DNA from: a virus
IMG/VR virus record: IMGVR_UViG_3300045988_044506
Direction: 5' to 3' (one strand)
DNA length: 41,511 nt
The position numbers and the translations under genes are program-made. Positions 7,403 to 17,089 of the stretch are shown piece by piece. A model generated the notes under the pieces. That model ran no database searches and had not been told where the DNA came from. It worked only from the letters and a program-made list of their open reading frames with translations. Position 1 is the stretch's first letter; each line of letters starts with the position of its first letter.

Positions 7403-8375
7403 CGTGCTTGTGTGCGAAATATCCGGCAAACGACCCGGAACATCTCAGGCGCGGAAAACGGAGCGCTTTAACGTGTCTTATCCGCACTGCATTATCTCCA
7501 ACGACTCCAATGGCTACGAATCCCAATGGGAGATTGTGAACGTCCCTGACGATTATGCAGAGTGGTACAAAAGTACTGTGAAAAACTCGGAAAGCGCATG
7601 GTACGCACCGATGAACCGTTCCTACGCAATCAAATATGCGAAGGAGCATGGCTACAAGTATCTGGTGCAGCTCGACGATAACATTAATTTCCTCGAGCTT
7701 GCCTATCAGGACAAGCGCAAGGATAAAATCATTCGCCGGTATAGAGTGCATGAAACCCAGAATATGCTGGATGATTTTGTGAATATCCTTGTAACAATCC
7801 TTGAAAACACAAATGCCGGAATGGCTGGGTGCAATTTGGCTGCTTGCTCTAACCCGGATATGACATTTATGTCCGAGCGGTATGTATATAGCTTTTTCGC
7901 ACTCAACTTAGAGATTTGCCCCCCTGTATTTCACGGTGACTTTGAGGATGACATCGAATATCGGTTGAAATGCTGGCAGATGGGCGTTCCCTCTATTCAG
8001 GTCGCTTGCTTACGCTACTCCAAAACAGGGCAAGCGAAAAACAAAGACTTGACAGGGTGTCGGAAAGCATACGCCGCCGCCGGAGTGAAACGCGGAGAAC
8101 ATATGCGCCGCCTGTATGGCGATAAGTACAAGTGCGGTATGCGGTCAAGAGGGCAGAACATTACAGCGCAAAACGAACCGGGCGAACAGTGGTTTAAGCA
8201 TATCTTGAAACCGTTCAAAGTCGGCGTATTGGTGAAGAACAAGAAAGCTATTGATGCTGCTATAGCGGAGGCGTTCCGCAAGTATGCAAAGCCGAACCCG
8301 GATAAGGTACTTGTGAAAACGAAAAAGGTCAAGAAAAGTGGTGAGAAGAGTGGCTCGACCGAGAAAAGAGATTGA
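7392..8375 (+). CDS. Hypothetical 327-aa protein with a DxD-like motif (LVQLDDN) and a Lys-rich tail. Possible glycosyl- or nucleotidyl-transferase-like enzyme.
   Basis: ATG at 7392 in frame within ORF 7299..8375, overlapping the ParB-like stop. GC lower than neighbouring genes. Confidence 0.55.
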   Translation: MRNDVLVCEISGKRPGTSQARKTERFNVSYPHCIISNDSNGYESQWEIVNVPDDYAEWYKSTVKNSESAWYAPMNRSYAIKYAKEHGYKYLVQLDDNINFLELAYQDKRKDKIIRRYRVHETQNMLDDFVNILVTILENTNAGMAGCNLAACSNPDMTFMSERYVYSFFALNLEICPPVFHGDFEDDIEYRLKCWQMGVPSIQVACLRYSKTGQAKNKDLTGCRKAYAAAGVKRGEHMRRLYGDKYKCGMRSRGQNITAQNEPGEQWFKHILKPFKVGVLVKNKKAIDAAIAEAFRKYAKPNPDKVLVKTKKVKKSGEKSGSTEKRD

Positions 8376-8724
8376 CAAGGAAGCATTTGAAAAGCTGTGC
8401 GCACTCCAATGCACAAAGGACGAGATTTGCGCATGGTTCAAAATCGACGAAAAGACACTCACCGCATGGTGTAAGCGTGAATACAAGGAAGGTTTTTCCG
8501 ATGTATATAAAAAGAAGCGCTGTGTGGGTAAAATCTCACTACGTCGGTACCAGTGGAATTTGGCAAAGAAGAACGCTGGCATGGCGATTTGGCTTGGTAA
8601 GCAGGTACTCAACCAGACGGAGACCGGCGAACAGAACGCCGACAGCGATACAGGCCGTGAAGATGAGCTGAGCAAGAGCCTGCGGGAGTTTGCGGAAGGG
8701 TTGGAAAGCGATGAAGTTTGTTAA
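8338..8724 (+). CDS. terS: Terminase small subunit (GTG start)
   Basis: Directly upstream of terL. N-terminal HTH-like region and the motif AIWLGKQVLNQ seen in phage TerS proteins. Confidence 0.6.
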   Translation: MVRRVARPRKEIDKEAFEKLCALQCTKDEICAWFKIDEKTLTAWCKREYKEGFSDVYKKKRCVGKISLRRYQWNLAKKNAGMAIWLGKQVLNQTETGEQNADSDTGREDELSKSLREFAEGLESDEVC

Positions 8725-8890
8725 GTGTCGGGGTGATATTTATATCCCGCTGGCTGAGGTGACGAAGATCACACATAACAGCAACCCGCATAGAGCGGCC
8801 ATCATCGAGACCAAAGGCGGGAACCAATACGAGGTCTATGACGGCATTATGGCGGCTCCCACGATTGAGAACTGCGTCATTGACCTATGA
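8711..8890 (+). CDS. Small hypothetical protein between terS and terL
   Basis: ATG at 8711 after GGAAGGG. Its stop overlaps the terL ATG (ATGA). Confidence 0.4.
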   Translation: MKFVKCRGDIYIPLAEVTKITHNSNPHRAAIIETKGGNQYEVYDGIMAAPTIENCVIDL

Positions 8891-10110
8891 TCAGCAAAAA
8901 GCAAAAAGCAATCCTAGCATATCCGTACACTGATAAAGATGTGCTGATCTGCGACGGAGCTGTCCGTTCTGGCAAGACGACATTCATGATGTGGGCTTTC
9001 ATCCGCTGGGCGATGGATAACTTCGACGGAATGCGGTTCGGCATCTGTGGAAAGACTGTCGATTCAGCGGCAAAAAACATCATCGTTCCTTTCATCTCTA
9101 TGACTGAGGCCAAAAAGCAGTACGGCCTGAGGTGGAGACGCGGTGAACACATCCTTGAGGTGTCGTATAAAGGACGCAAAAATTTCTTCGAGGTTTTCGG
9201 CGGAAAAGATGAAAGCTCATTCATGCTGATTCAGGGTCGAACGCTGGCCGGTGTCCTTTTGGATGAGGTCGTGCTCATGCCGGAGTCGTTTGTCAATCAG
9301 GCTTTGGCTCGTTGCTCTGTGGACGGGTCGAGAATCTGGTTTTCGTGTAACCCAGCTTCCCCCCAGCATTGGTTTTACACGAACTGGATTCAGAGGGCGG
9401 ATGAGCACAACGCCCTTTATCTCCACTTTTCGATGGATGACAACCCGGCGCTGTCTGCCAAAGTGCTTGAGCGCTATAAATCGATGTACACCGGTGTCTT
9501 TTATGAGCGCTACATCTTAGGTCGCTGGGTGCTGGCAGAGGGTTTGATCTACCCGATGTTTACCGATGAGTGTATTGTGGATGATGAGCCAAAGCAGGGC
9601 GATTATTACATTTCGTGTGACTACGGAACACTGAATCCGTTTTCAGCTGGGCTATGGTGCTGGGACGGTAAAACCGCAACAAGAGTACGCGAATATTACT
9701 ATTCCGGGCGCGAAACGCAAGCCAACAAAACGGACGAGGAGTATTACGCCGAACTAGAAAAGCTGGCTGGTGACCTCTACGTCAAAAGCGTCATTGTTGA
9801 CCCGTCGGCTGCGTCGTTCATCGAGGTCATTCGGCGGCACAAGCGCTTTATCGTCCGCAAAGCAAAAAACGAAGTTATCGCCGGAATCAACACAACTGCC
9901 CGGTATTTGCAGGATGGCACAATCAAGGTGCATCGTAGCTGCAAAGACTGCATCCGAGAGTTTGGCCTGTACCGCTGGGACGACAAGAGCACGGAGGACA
10001 AGCCAATCAAGGAGAATGACCACGCGATGGATGATGTGCGTTATTTTGCCTATACTGTCCTTCGACAAAAGGTAGGCAAAGAAAAATATACTCCGCTGTA
10101 TGAGAGGTGA
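8887..10110 (+). CDS. terL: Terminase large subunit (PBSX-type)
   Basis: Walker A motif DGAVRSGKT and a C-terminal nuclease-domain acidic residue pattern. 407 aa. Confidence 0.92.
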   Translation: MISKKQKAILAYPYTDKDVLICDGAVRSGKTTFMMWAFIRWAMDNFDGMRFGICGKTVDSAAKNIIVPFISMTEAKKQYGLRWRRGEHILEVSYKGRKNFFEVFGGKDESSFMLIQGRTLAGVLLDEVVLMPESFVNQALARCSVDGSRIWFSCNPASPQHWFYTNWIQRADEHNALYLHFSMDDNPALSAKVLERYKSMYTGVFYERYILGRWVLAEGLIYPMFTDECIVDDEPKQGDYYISCDYGTLNPFSAGLWCWDGKTATRVREYYYSGRETQANKTDEEYYAELEKLAGDLYVKSVIVDPSAASFIEVIRRHKRFIVRKAKNEVIAGINTTARYLQDGTIKVHRSCKDCIREFGLYRWDDKSTEDKPIKENDHAMDDVRYFAYTVLRQKVGKEKYTPLYER

Positions 10111-10137
10111 GACGAACTGAAAACCTATCAAGACCTT

Positions 10138-11493
10138 ATGGATGTGGGTACCGACGAGGAAGCCCGCATTGCTTTTATTCTGGGCGCGATTCACGAACAC
10201 AGGGCATCAAAAGCATATAAAACCGCCGTCGATGCAAGAGCCTATTACGAAGGCCGGAACCCCACAATCAACAAATATGAAAAGATCATCTATGATATGC
10301 AAGGGAAAGCGCATCGGGATATGTACACGGCAAACCACAAGTTGGCGAGCCGTTTTTTTGGCTTTGCAGTCGATCAGGAAGTGTCCTATCTACTGGGCAA
10401 CGGAGTGACATTCGGCGATGAGTCCACAAAAAAGAAGCTATGCCCGGACTTTGACCTTGAGCTGATTCATGCGGCCCGAGAAGCAAAGATAGGCGGCGTT
10501 GCATACGGCTTTTGGGATTGGGATCATCTGCTTGTGTGGTCGGCTCAGGAGTTCGTGCCATTAATGGATGAGGGAAACGGCTCTTTACGGGCTGGAATCA
10601 GATTCTGGCAGCTTGAGCCGTCCAAGCCGATTCGGGCGACTCTCTATGAGACGGACGGCTATACGGAGTACTTTCAGCCGAAACACGAAGATATGCAGGT
10701 GCTCAAGCCGAAGAGCAGCTATATTAAGTTGGTCGTGTCTGCTCCAGTAGGCGGCACAAGGATCTATGATGGCGGCAATTATGACGGGTTCCCGGTGGTT
10801 CCGCTGCGGAATAACGAATCGTTCCTGTCGGAGATTGTTGGCAAACGGAACACCATTGACGCACTTGACCTCGCCACAAGCAACATGGTCAACAACGTGG
10901 ATGAGGGCAACCTGATTTATTGGGTGCTGACCAACTGCGAGGGCATGAGCGACCTGGACGATGCAAAATTTATTGACCGACTGAAAACGACCCATGTTGC
11001 ACACGCCAACGGTGACGATGGTGCGAAGGCCGAAGCAAAATCCGTCGAGGCCCCGTACAATGGGACAAACATCACCATTGATATGCTCAAGAAAAAGCTG
11101 TACGAGGATTTTCAGTGCTTTGATGCGTCTGCGGTCACGGCCAGCAATCAGACGGCGACCGCCATTAAGGCCAGCTATATCCCGCTTGACCTCAACACGG
11201 ATAAATTCGAGGCGGAAGTCACCCGGTTTATCGTTGAAATTCTCCGGCTGGCCGGAATCGATGATGCGCCGTCTTACACCCGGAACCAAATTATTAACAA
11301 AAGCGAGGAGACACAGACACTTCTCTCAGCGGCGGATTATTTTGATGATGAATACATGATCAAGAAGCTGCTGACGCTGAACGGCGACATCGACCAGTAC
11401 GAAGATCTGATGCGGCGCAAGGCTGAACAGGCCATGCCAGCTTATGAGGATGACAAACAGGAGGGCGAAGAGAATGGCGACCAGTACGATTAA
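10138..11493 (+). CDS. Portal protein
   Basis: 451 aa, directly after terL, with an acidic C-terminal tail. Confidence 0.8.
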   Translation: MDVGTDEEARIAFILGAIHEHRASKAYKTAVDARAYYEGRNPTINKYEKIIYDMQGKAHRDMYTANHKLASRFFGFAVDQEVSYLLGNGVTFGDESTKKKLCPDFDLELIHAAREAKIGGVAYGFWDWDHLLVWSAQEFVPLMDEGNGSLRAGIRFWQLEPSKPIRATLYETDGYTEYFQPKHEDMQVLKPKSSYIKLVVSAPVGGTRIYDGGNYDGFPVVPLRNNESFLSEIVGKRNTIDALDLATSNMVNNVDEGNLIYWVLTNCEGMSDLDDAKFIDRLKTTHVAHANGDDGAKAEAKSVEAPYNGTNITIDMLKKKLYEDFQCFDASAVTASNQTATAIKASYIPLDLNTDKFEAEVTRFIVEILRLAGIDDAPSYTRNQIINKSEETQTLLSAADYFDDEYMIKKLLTLNGDIDQYEDLMRRKAEQAMPAYEDDKQEGEENGDQYD

Positions 11494-11552
11494 CATTGCG
11501 ATCATCTGCATGGCAGTGATTTTTCTCTGCCTGTTAAACAGGTTCACACGCG

Positions 11553-12539
11553 GTGAGTAAGGCGGACGAAGGCCACAAGCTGACAGACAAAAAGCTGGTT
11601 CAGCTGGAACGGCGCATTACGCAGGTATTCCGAGATGCGGCGGCGGAAATGCAGGGGACCGTCGCCGCGTATTTTGCCCAGTTTGAAAAGCGGGACGCAG
11701 AGATGCGGGCCATGCTGGAGGCTGGAGAGATTGACGCGGCGCACTACAAACAATGGCGGCTGAACCAGATCGGACGCGGAAAATCGTTTGAAGCGCTCCG
11801 GGATGAAATGACCCGCCGGATGGCGGATGCCGGAGCTGTTGCATATAGCTATATCAACGATGCCACACCGGGGATATACTTCCTGAACCGCAATTTTGCC
11901 GCTTATACGGTCGAACTCATGAGCGGCAAAACTGGCTTTGCCTTGTGGGATGAGCGCACAGTGCGTCGCCTGTTGGTCGAGCATCCCGATTTGATGCCGT
12001 ACTATCCGAAAAAACTGGCGCTCAAACGTGGTTTTGATATTGCATGGGGTAAAAAGTGCATTAAATCCACCGTAACAAGCTCTATCCTGCAAGGACAGGG
12101 CATCAAACAGATGGCAGACACCTTACAGCGGAAAATCCCCACCATGAACCGCGACAGCGCGATTAGAGCTGCCAGAACGGCGGTCACGGGAGCGCAGAAC
12201 GGCGGGCGGCAGGACACATATCATGCGGCGGCAGGAATGGGCATCAAGCTCAAAAAAGAATGGTTGGCTACACTGGACGGGCGTACCCGCCCGGCACATG
12301 GTGCCGCAGACGGCCAGCAGGTGGACGAAGATAAGCCGTTTATCGTAGACGGGTACAAGATGATGTACCCCGGTGACACAAGCGCACCGGCCTATCTGGT
12401 ATATAACTGTCGGTGTACGACGGTCGCTGAAGTAGACGGCGTTAATATGTCCGACGCATTGCGGCGGGACAAGGATGGCCTTGTAACAAATATGACTTTC
12501 GCCCAGTGGGAAGCATCAAAACAAGGGGGAATTTTGTGA
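11553..12539 (+). CDS. Head morphogenesis protein (Mu F / SPP1 gp7 family), GTG start
   Basis: C-terminal motif LDGRTRPAH ... YNCRCT. Confidence 0.85.
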   Translation: MSKADEGHKLTDKKLVQLERRITQVFRDAAAEMQGTVAAYFAQFEKRDAEMRAMLEAGEIDAAHYKQWRLNQIGRGKSFEALRDEMTRRMADAGAVAYSYINDATPGIYFLNRNFAAYTVELMSGKTGFALWDERTVRRLLVEHPDLMPYYPKKLALKRGFDIAWGKKCIKSTVTSSILQGQGIKQMADTLQRKIPTMNRDSAIRAARTAVTGAQNGGRQDTYHAAAGMGIKLKKEWLATLDGRTRPAHGAADGQQVDEDKPFIVDGYKMMYPGDTSAPAYLVYNCRCTTVAEVDGVNMSDALRRDKDGLVTNMTFAQWEASKQGGIL

Positions 12540-12928
12540 GCGTTGTATTTGAAGATCACTCCGAAGAAATCCTTGCCGAGATGGAGGACGCCGTGCAGAA
12601 AGCGCTGGAGGAATGCGGGCTTACTGCTGAGAATTACGCGAAGCGGCTTTGCCCCGTTGATACCGGCAATCTGCGAAACGGGATTACGCACAGCGTTTCG
12701 GAGAATGTGGCCTACGTTGGTACAAATATTGAGTATGGCAAATATGTGGAGCTGGGCACCGGCAAATTTGTAGCTGGAGGCCGACCGACGCCGTGGGTGT
12801 ATCAGGATGCAAAGGGCAACTGGCACCGAACGCACGGACAGAAGGCACAGCCATTTATCAAGCCTGCTGTGGCTGACCATCTGGGCACCTATCAGGTAAT
12901 TATCGAGAGAAATATGAAACACGGATAA
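12536..12928 (+). CDS. HK97 gp10-family virion protein (GTG start)
   Basis: Motif CPVDTGNLRNGI typical of the gp10 family. Confidence 0.55.
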   Translation: MSVVFEDHSEEILAEMEDAVQKALEECGLTAENYAKRLCPVDTGNLRNGITHSVSENVAYVGTNIEYGKYVELGTGKFVAGGRPTPWVYQDAKGNWHRTHGQKAQPFIKPAVADHLGTYQVIIERNMKHG

Positions 12929-13065
12929 GCTGAACGGCGTGAAAGCGCTGGTTCGGCTTTTATTATGCCCATTTTCGGGCCAATTTACGGTAAATACCGC
13001 GAAGAACAGCGGTTTTTATAGAACTCAAATGGCGAAGGACTGCCACCGAAGAAAAGGAGAGCAAA

Positions 13066-13677
13066 ATGAGTATTACACGCAAGCTGCTGAAAGGTATGGG
13101 TCTGACCGATGAACAGGTCGATACCATCATCGAGGCACACACCGACACCGTGGATGGCTTGAAGGCTGATGTTAGCCGGTACAAGTCCGACGCGGAAAAA
13201 CTGCCCGGCGTCCAGAAGGAGCTGGACGATCTCAGGGCTAAGGGCGATGGCGGATATAAAGATAAGTACGACAAGGAGCACAGCGCCTTTGAGGCTTATA
13301 AGGCCGACATTACCGCAAAAGAGACGAAGGCGGCAAAGGAAAAGGCCGTCCGCGCCTACTTTGAAAGCAAGAAAATCGTGGGGGATAATCTTGACCTCGC
13401 AATGCGGGGCTGTGGGGACGAAGTCTCCGCTGTTGAGCTGGTGGACGGCAAGATCAAGGACACAAAGGCGCTGGATTCGTTGATTGCCGGTACCTATAAG
13501 GGCCTTGTGTCTACCACCAAGATCACCGGCAGCCACCCCGATAATCCCCCCGGCAGCACCGGCGGAAAAATCACCTCCAGAGCGGACGTGTATCGCAAAG
13601 ATGACAATGGCCGCTATGTGCTGAGTACGTCGGAGCGGCAGAAGGCCCTTGCCGAATTGATGGCAGAGGGCGAATAA
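13066..13677 (+). CDS. Scaffolding protein
   Basis: Position before the major capsid gene. Charged, helical, lysine-rich sequence. AAGGAGAG RBS. Confidence 0.7.
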   Translation: MSITRKLLKGMGLTDEQVDTIIEAHTDTVDGLKADVSRYKSDAEKLPGVQKELDDLRAKGDGGYKDKYDKEHSAFEAYKADITAKETKAAKEKAVRAYFESKKIVGDNLDLAMRGCGDEVSAVELVDGKIKDTKALDSLIAGTYKGLVSTTKITGSHPDNPPGSTGGKITSRADVYRKDDNGRYVLSTSERQKALAELMAEGE

Positions 13678-13692
13678 CGAAAGGAGAATTAT

Positions 13693-14601
13693 ATGGCAGC
13701 AAAAGAAAATCTTACTACTTCTGCACAGATTACCACTTCCGCCAGAGAGGTGGATTTTGTTACCCGTTTTGCGGACAACTGGGACGCGCTGCGCACCATT
13801 ATGGGCATCATGCGCCCCATTCGGAAGGCACCCGGCACCAAGCTGGTTTCCTACAAGGCGGCCGTTGACGGAACCCTTGTTGGCGGCACCTCCGTGGGCG
13901 AGGGCGAAGAGATCCCCTTCACCAAGATGAAGGTCACTCCGGTGTCCTATGATGACATTGAGGTTGCGAAGTATGCCAAGTCCGTGTCTGTGGAGGCCGT
14001 GGCAAAGTACGGCGCGGACATCGCCGTGGAAAAGACCGATGACGCGTTTATCGTGGCCTTGCAGAATAAGGTGCTCACTGATTACTACACCTTCCTCGGT
14101 ACCGGCACGCTGAAGCTGACCGAGACCACCTGGCAGCGCGCGCTTGCTATGGCAAAGGCGAAGGTGCTGGACAAGTTCGCCGGTATGGACAAGGACGTGA
14201 CCGAGGTCGTCGGCTTTGCCAACATCATCGACGCATACAGCTACTTGGGCGATAAGGACATCACCGTTCAGAGCGCGTTCGGCCTGAACTATGTGGAGAA
14301 CTTCCTCGGCTACCGCACCCTGTTCCTGCTGCCCGATAAGTACATCGCCAGCAACAAGGTGATCGCAACCCCCGTCGAGAATATCGACCTGTATTACGTT
14401 GACCCCGGCGACAGCGATTTTGGCAAGCTCGGCCTGAATTACACCGTTGAGGGCGAGACCAACCTGATCGGCGTCCATGTTGAGGGCGATTACAGCCGCG
14501 CCACCGGCGATATGTACGCCATCATGGGTATGAAGCTCTGGGCCGAGTATTTGGACGGCATTGCCGTTGCAACCGTTAAGCCCGCCGGTTCCGGCGGTTA
14601 A
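13693..14601 (+). CDS. Major capsid protein
   Basis: 302 aa at the expected position with AAGGAGA RBS. Composition matches an HK97-fold capsid. Confidence 0.85.
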   Translation: MAAKENLTTSAQITTSAREVDFVTRFADNWDALRTIMGIMRPIRKAPGTKLVSYKAAVDGTLVGGTSVGEGEEIPFTKMKVTPVSYDDIEVAKYAKSVSVEAVAKYGADIAVEKTDDAFIVALQNKVLTDYYTFLGTGTLKLTETTWQRALAMAKAKVLDKFAGMDKDVTEVVGFANIIDAYSYLGDKDITVQSAFGLNYVENFLGYRTLFLLPDKYIASNKVIATPVENIDLYYVDPGDSDFGKLGLNYTVEGETNLIGVHVEGDYSRATGDMYAIMGMKLWAEYLDGIAVATVKPAGSGG

Positions 14602-14620
14602 TCTGTAAGGAGGCGGCGAA

Positions 14621-15067
14621 ATGCTGGAAGAAATTCTGCGGCATCTGAATAACTGGTTCTGCGTCGAAGCACACGAGGGCGAGTTCAGCGTGGAGAACGG
14701 CAGCATTTCGCTGCCTTTTTTGCAGTATGGCCAGTACTACCGCATCTGCGGCTCTGTTCGCAATGATGGATTGCATCAATATACCGGGCCGGACTCAAAC
14801 GCGGCTGAATTGTTGTCTGAGACATGGACGGGTACTATTTGGGCGCTTTCAATCCCTGCTGATGTGCTCCATCTCGCAAAGGACATCGAAGCGTGGCAGG
14901 AGAAGAACGCAGAGGCCGCTCAAAGCCCGTATCAGAGCGAGAGCTTTGGCGGGTATAGTTACACCAAATCGAGCGGAAATGCCGACAGCGGCGGCTCTGT
15001 GAGCTGGCAGTCGGTATTCCGCTCACGTCTTAATTGCTATCGGAAAATCAGGGGGTGCGAACCGTGA
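14621..15067 (+). CDS. Head-tail connector / adaptor protein
   Basis: Position after the capsid gene. AAGGAGG RBS. Confidence 0.55.
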   Translation: MLEEILRHLNNWFCVEAHEGEFSVENGSISLPFLQYGQYYRICGSVRNDGLHQYTGPDSNAAELLSETWTGTIWALSIPADVLHLAKDIEAWQEKNAEAAQSPYQSESFGGYSYTKSSGNADSGGSVSWQSVFRSRLNCYRKIRGCEP

Positions 15068-15414
15068 GCTTGATCTTAGACAGCTTTGCGCATACCTGCA
15101 CCATCATGGAGAAAAAGCGCATTGCAGATGGAGAGGGAGGCTGGGACATTGTTTGGACTGATGGCGCTGAGTTTACGAACTATCAGACGCTGGATACGTC
15201 GATGCAAGCGCGGCTGGCGGAAAAAGAGGGGGTAACAAGCACCTACTCTGTTCTGGTCGATGTCGCCGTGCCTCTCGATGAGCTGGACTATTTCCGGGAC
15301 AACGAAACTGGGTTGACCTATCGCGTGACCTCTCCCCCCGAGGCAAAGAAAACGCCGAGATCGGCATCATTCTCTCTGAAATATTTCACAGCGGAACGAA
15401 AGGAGCTGCCGTGA
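15064..15414 (+). CDS. Head closure / head-tail joining protein. GTG at 15064; an alternative TTG start lies at 15034.
   Basis: Position and size. Start codon is ambiguous. Confidence 0.5.
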   Translation: MSLILDSFAHTCTIMEKKRIADGEGGWDIVWTDGAEFTNYQTLDTSMQARLAEKEGVTSTYSVLVDVAVPLDELDYFRDNETGLTYRVTSPPEAKKTPRSASFSLKYFTAERKELP

Positions 15415-15788
15415 TGACAAAAGCGGCAGCGCTACAAGCGTGGTTCGAGCAGTTCCTACCGGCCTATACCGCCGCAAATGTGCCCGAGGATGTCATTTTC
15501 CCGTACCTGACCTATGAGCTTATCACGGATGCATGGAACGGTGACGAGGGTTCTGCGGCACTGACCGTCAATCTCTGGTTTTACACCGAATCTGAGAAGG
15601 TTCCGAATGCGAAAGCGCAGGCACTTTCCGCGGCGCTTGGCATTGATGGAGTGCGGCTGCGGTGCGATGAGGGTTTTATCTGGCTCCAGCGTGGCTCTCC
15701 GTTCTGCCAGAGCATCCGGGACGATACCGATAGCAAGATCAACCGGCGGTATATCAACATTACTGCCAAATATTTCACGTTTGACTAA
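15411..15788 (+). CDS. Tail completion / tail-terminator-like protein
   Basis: Position. Motif PYLTYELI resembles DUF3168-like tail proteins. Confidence 0.45.
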   Translation: MMTKAAALQAWFEQFLPAYTAANVPEDVIFPYLTYELITDAWNGDEGSAALTVNLWFYTESEKVPNAKAQALSAALGIDGVRLRCDEGFIWLQRGSPFCQSIRDDTDSKINRRYINITAKYFTFD

Positions 15789-15802
15789 AAAGGAGGAAGA
15801 TA

Positions 15803-16375
15803 ATGGGTAAGTTTACCGTTATCCCGCAGGACACCTTTGAAGCGATGCAGCTTGACGCTGGTGTCCTGCTCAAAAAATTTACGCCCAACGCAGTCAAGGC
15901 CCCGGATGATGCGGACATTGTGTGCGCCACCACTGGAGGCATTACCATTACCTGCACTCCGACCCATTCCGATCTGGGTGATGATGTAGACAACTGCCCG
16001 CCTAACACTAAAGAACTGAAGCATCTGGATAGTTGGGAGTGCAAGGTCAGCTTCACCGGATTGGGCACGTCTGCCGAAGCAATCAAACTGGCGCTGTCTT
16101 CCGCTGACATCAGTTCTACGGTGGAGAGCAAGAACGACATCGTGACGCCTCGCCGCGATTTGAATCAGAGTGATTTCTCTGATCTTTGGTGGGTTGGTGA
16201 CCGGGCGGACGGAGGATGTGTGGCGATTCAGATCAAGAATGCGCTGTCCACCGGCGGTTTCAGCCTGAAAACCACCAAGAACGGCAAGGGCCAGTTGTCC
16301 ATTGAGTTGACCGGCCATGTCTCTATCACCGATCAGAATACAATGCCGATGGTGTTTTATAGCCTTGCGGCGTAA
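15803..16375 (+). CDS. Major tail (tube) protein
   Basis: AAAGGAGG RBS. 190 aa. Located immediately before the chaperone/TMP genes. Confidence 0.7.
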   Translation: MGKFTVIPQDTFEAMQLDAGVLLKKFTPNAVKAPDDADIVCATTGGITITCTPTHSDLGDDVDNCPPNTKELKHLDSWECKVSFTGLGTSAEAIKLALSSADISSTVESKNDIVTPRRDLNQSDFSDLWWVGDRADGGCVAIQIKNALSTGGFSLKTTKNGKGQLSIELTGHVSITDQNTMPMVFYSLAA

Positions 16376-16384
16376 GGAGGACTC

Positions 16385-16759
16385 ATGAAAAAAATCTCTG
16401 AGCTGACCACCGAGGAGGCCGTCGATTACCTGTGCGAAATGACTCCCTATGTGGCGAATATTTCTGCCGATGAAGAGCTTTTGAAGGTTCTGCGGGAAAA
16501 GCTCGAGGGTGCGGCAAAAGCGTCCAGAGCTGAAATTTACACGTTCGGCGCGGCGAAAATTGCTAAACTGGTGCCCATCTTGCTGAAGACTCACCGCAAC
16601 GACGTGTTCGGTGTCCTGTCAGTGGCAAACGGCGTCCCCGTGGAGGAGATTGGCAAGCAGAACATCATGGAGACCATGAAGCAGGTCAAGGAGCTGTGCG
16701 CCGATGAGGAGCTGTTGAGTTTTTTCAAACCGTCCGCCAAGTCGGCGGACGAAGAGTGA
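16385..16759 (+). CDS. Tail assembly chaperone (G-like)
   Basis: Acidic 124-aa protein immediately before the -1 frame ORF and the TMP. Confidence 0.7.
   Translation: MKKISELTTEEAVDYLCEMTPYVANISADEELLKVLREKLEGAAKASRAEIYTFGAAKIAKLVPILLKTHRNDVFGVLSVANGVPVEEIGKQNIMETMKQVKELCADEELLSFFKPSAKSADEE
16720..16726 (+). promoter_or_regulatory. Slippery heptamer T_TTT_TTC for a programmed -1 ribosomal frameshift
   Basis: X_XXY_YYZ in the zero frame of the chaperone, 33 nt before its stop. The -1 frame is open from here to 17049. Confidence 0.55.
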
Positions 16760-17049
16760 TTTCCGCGCTGATCGCTATGCCCAGAATGCGGGGGAGAGCT
16801 GTTTTGTCGGCTCTCCCCTATGTGCTGGAGTCGAACACGCGCCGGGAGGCCGCTGTGGTCTACCTGACAGATGCGCTTATGGCAGTCAGCGGGAACACCG
16901 CAATGTATGAAAATAGCAGGATCATGAGCCGCCGGTTTGCTGACATCATCGACCCGCAACATGAAGTTGAAGAAACCAGAACCAGCGAGGACGTGATAGC
17001 CCATATGAAAGCGAAACTGCAGGAGGTGAGCGAAGATAGACCTGTTTGA
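16726..17049 (+). CDS. -1 frame extension of the tail assembly chaperone (GT-like fusion product)
   Basis: Open -1 frame after the slippery site. This is the canonical arrangement upstream of a tape measure gene. Confidence 0.55.
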   Translation, partial: QTVRQVGGRRVISALIAMPRMRGRAVLSALPYVLESNTRREAAVVYLTDALMAVSGNTAMYENSRIMSRRFADIIDPQHEVEETRTSEDVIAHMKAKLQEVSEDRPV

Positions 17050-17089
17050 TCTCTATGCGAAAATCAGTTTAGACGACACCGAATATAAA

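Noticed and set aside
10585-11289. 234-aa minus-strand ORF
   Set aside because: Antisense to the portal gene.
12985-14706. 573-aa ORF on the minus strand
   Set aside because: It is antisense to the clearly recognisable scaffold and major capsid genes. High-GC shadow ORF with low-complexity Gly/Ala-rich translation.
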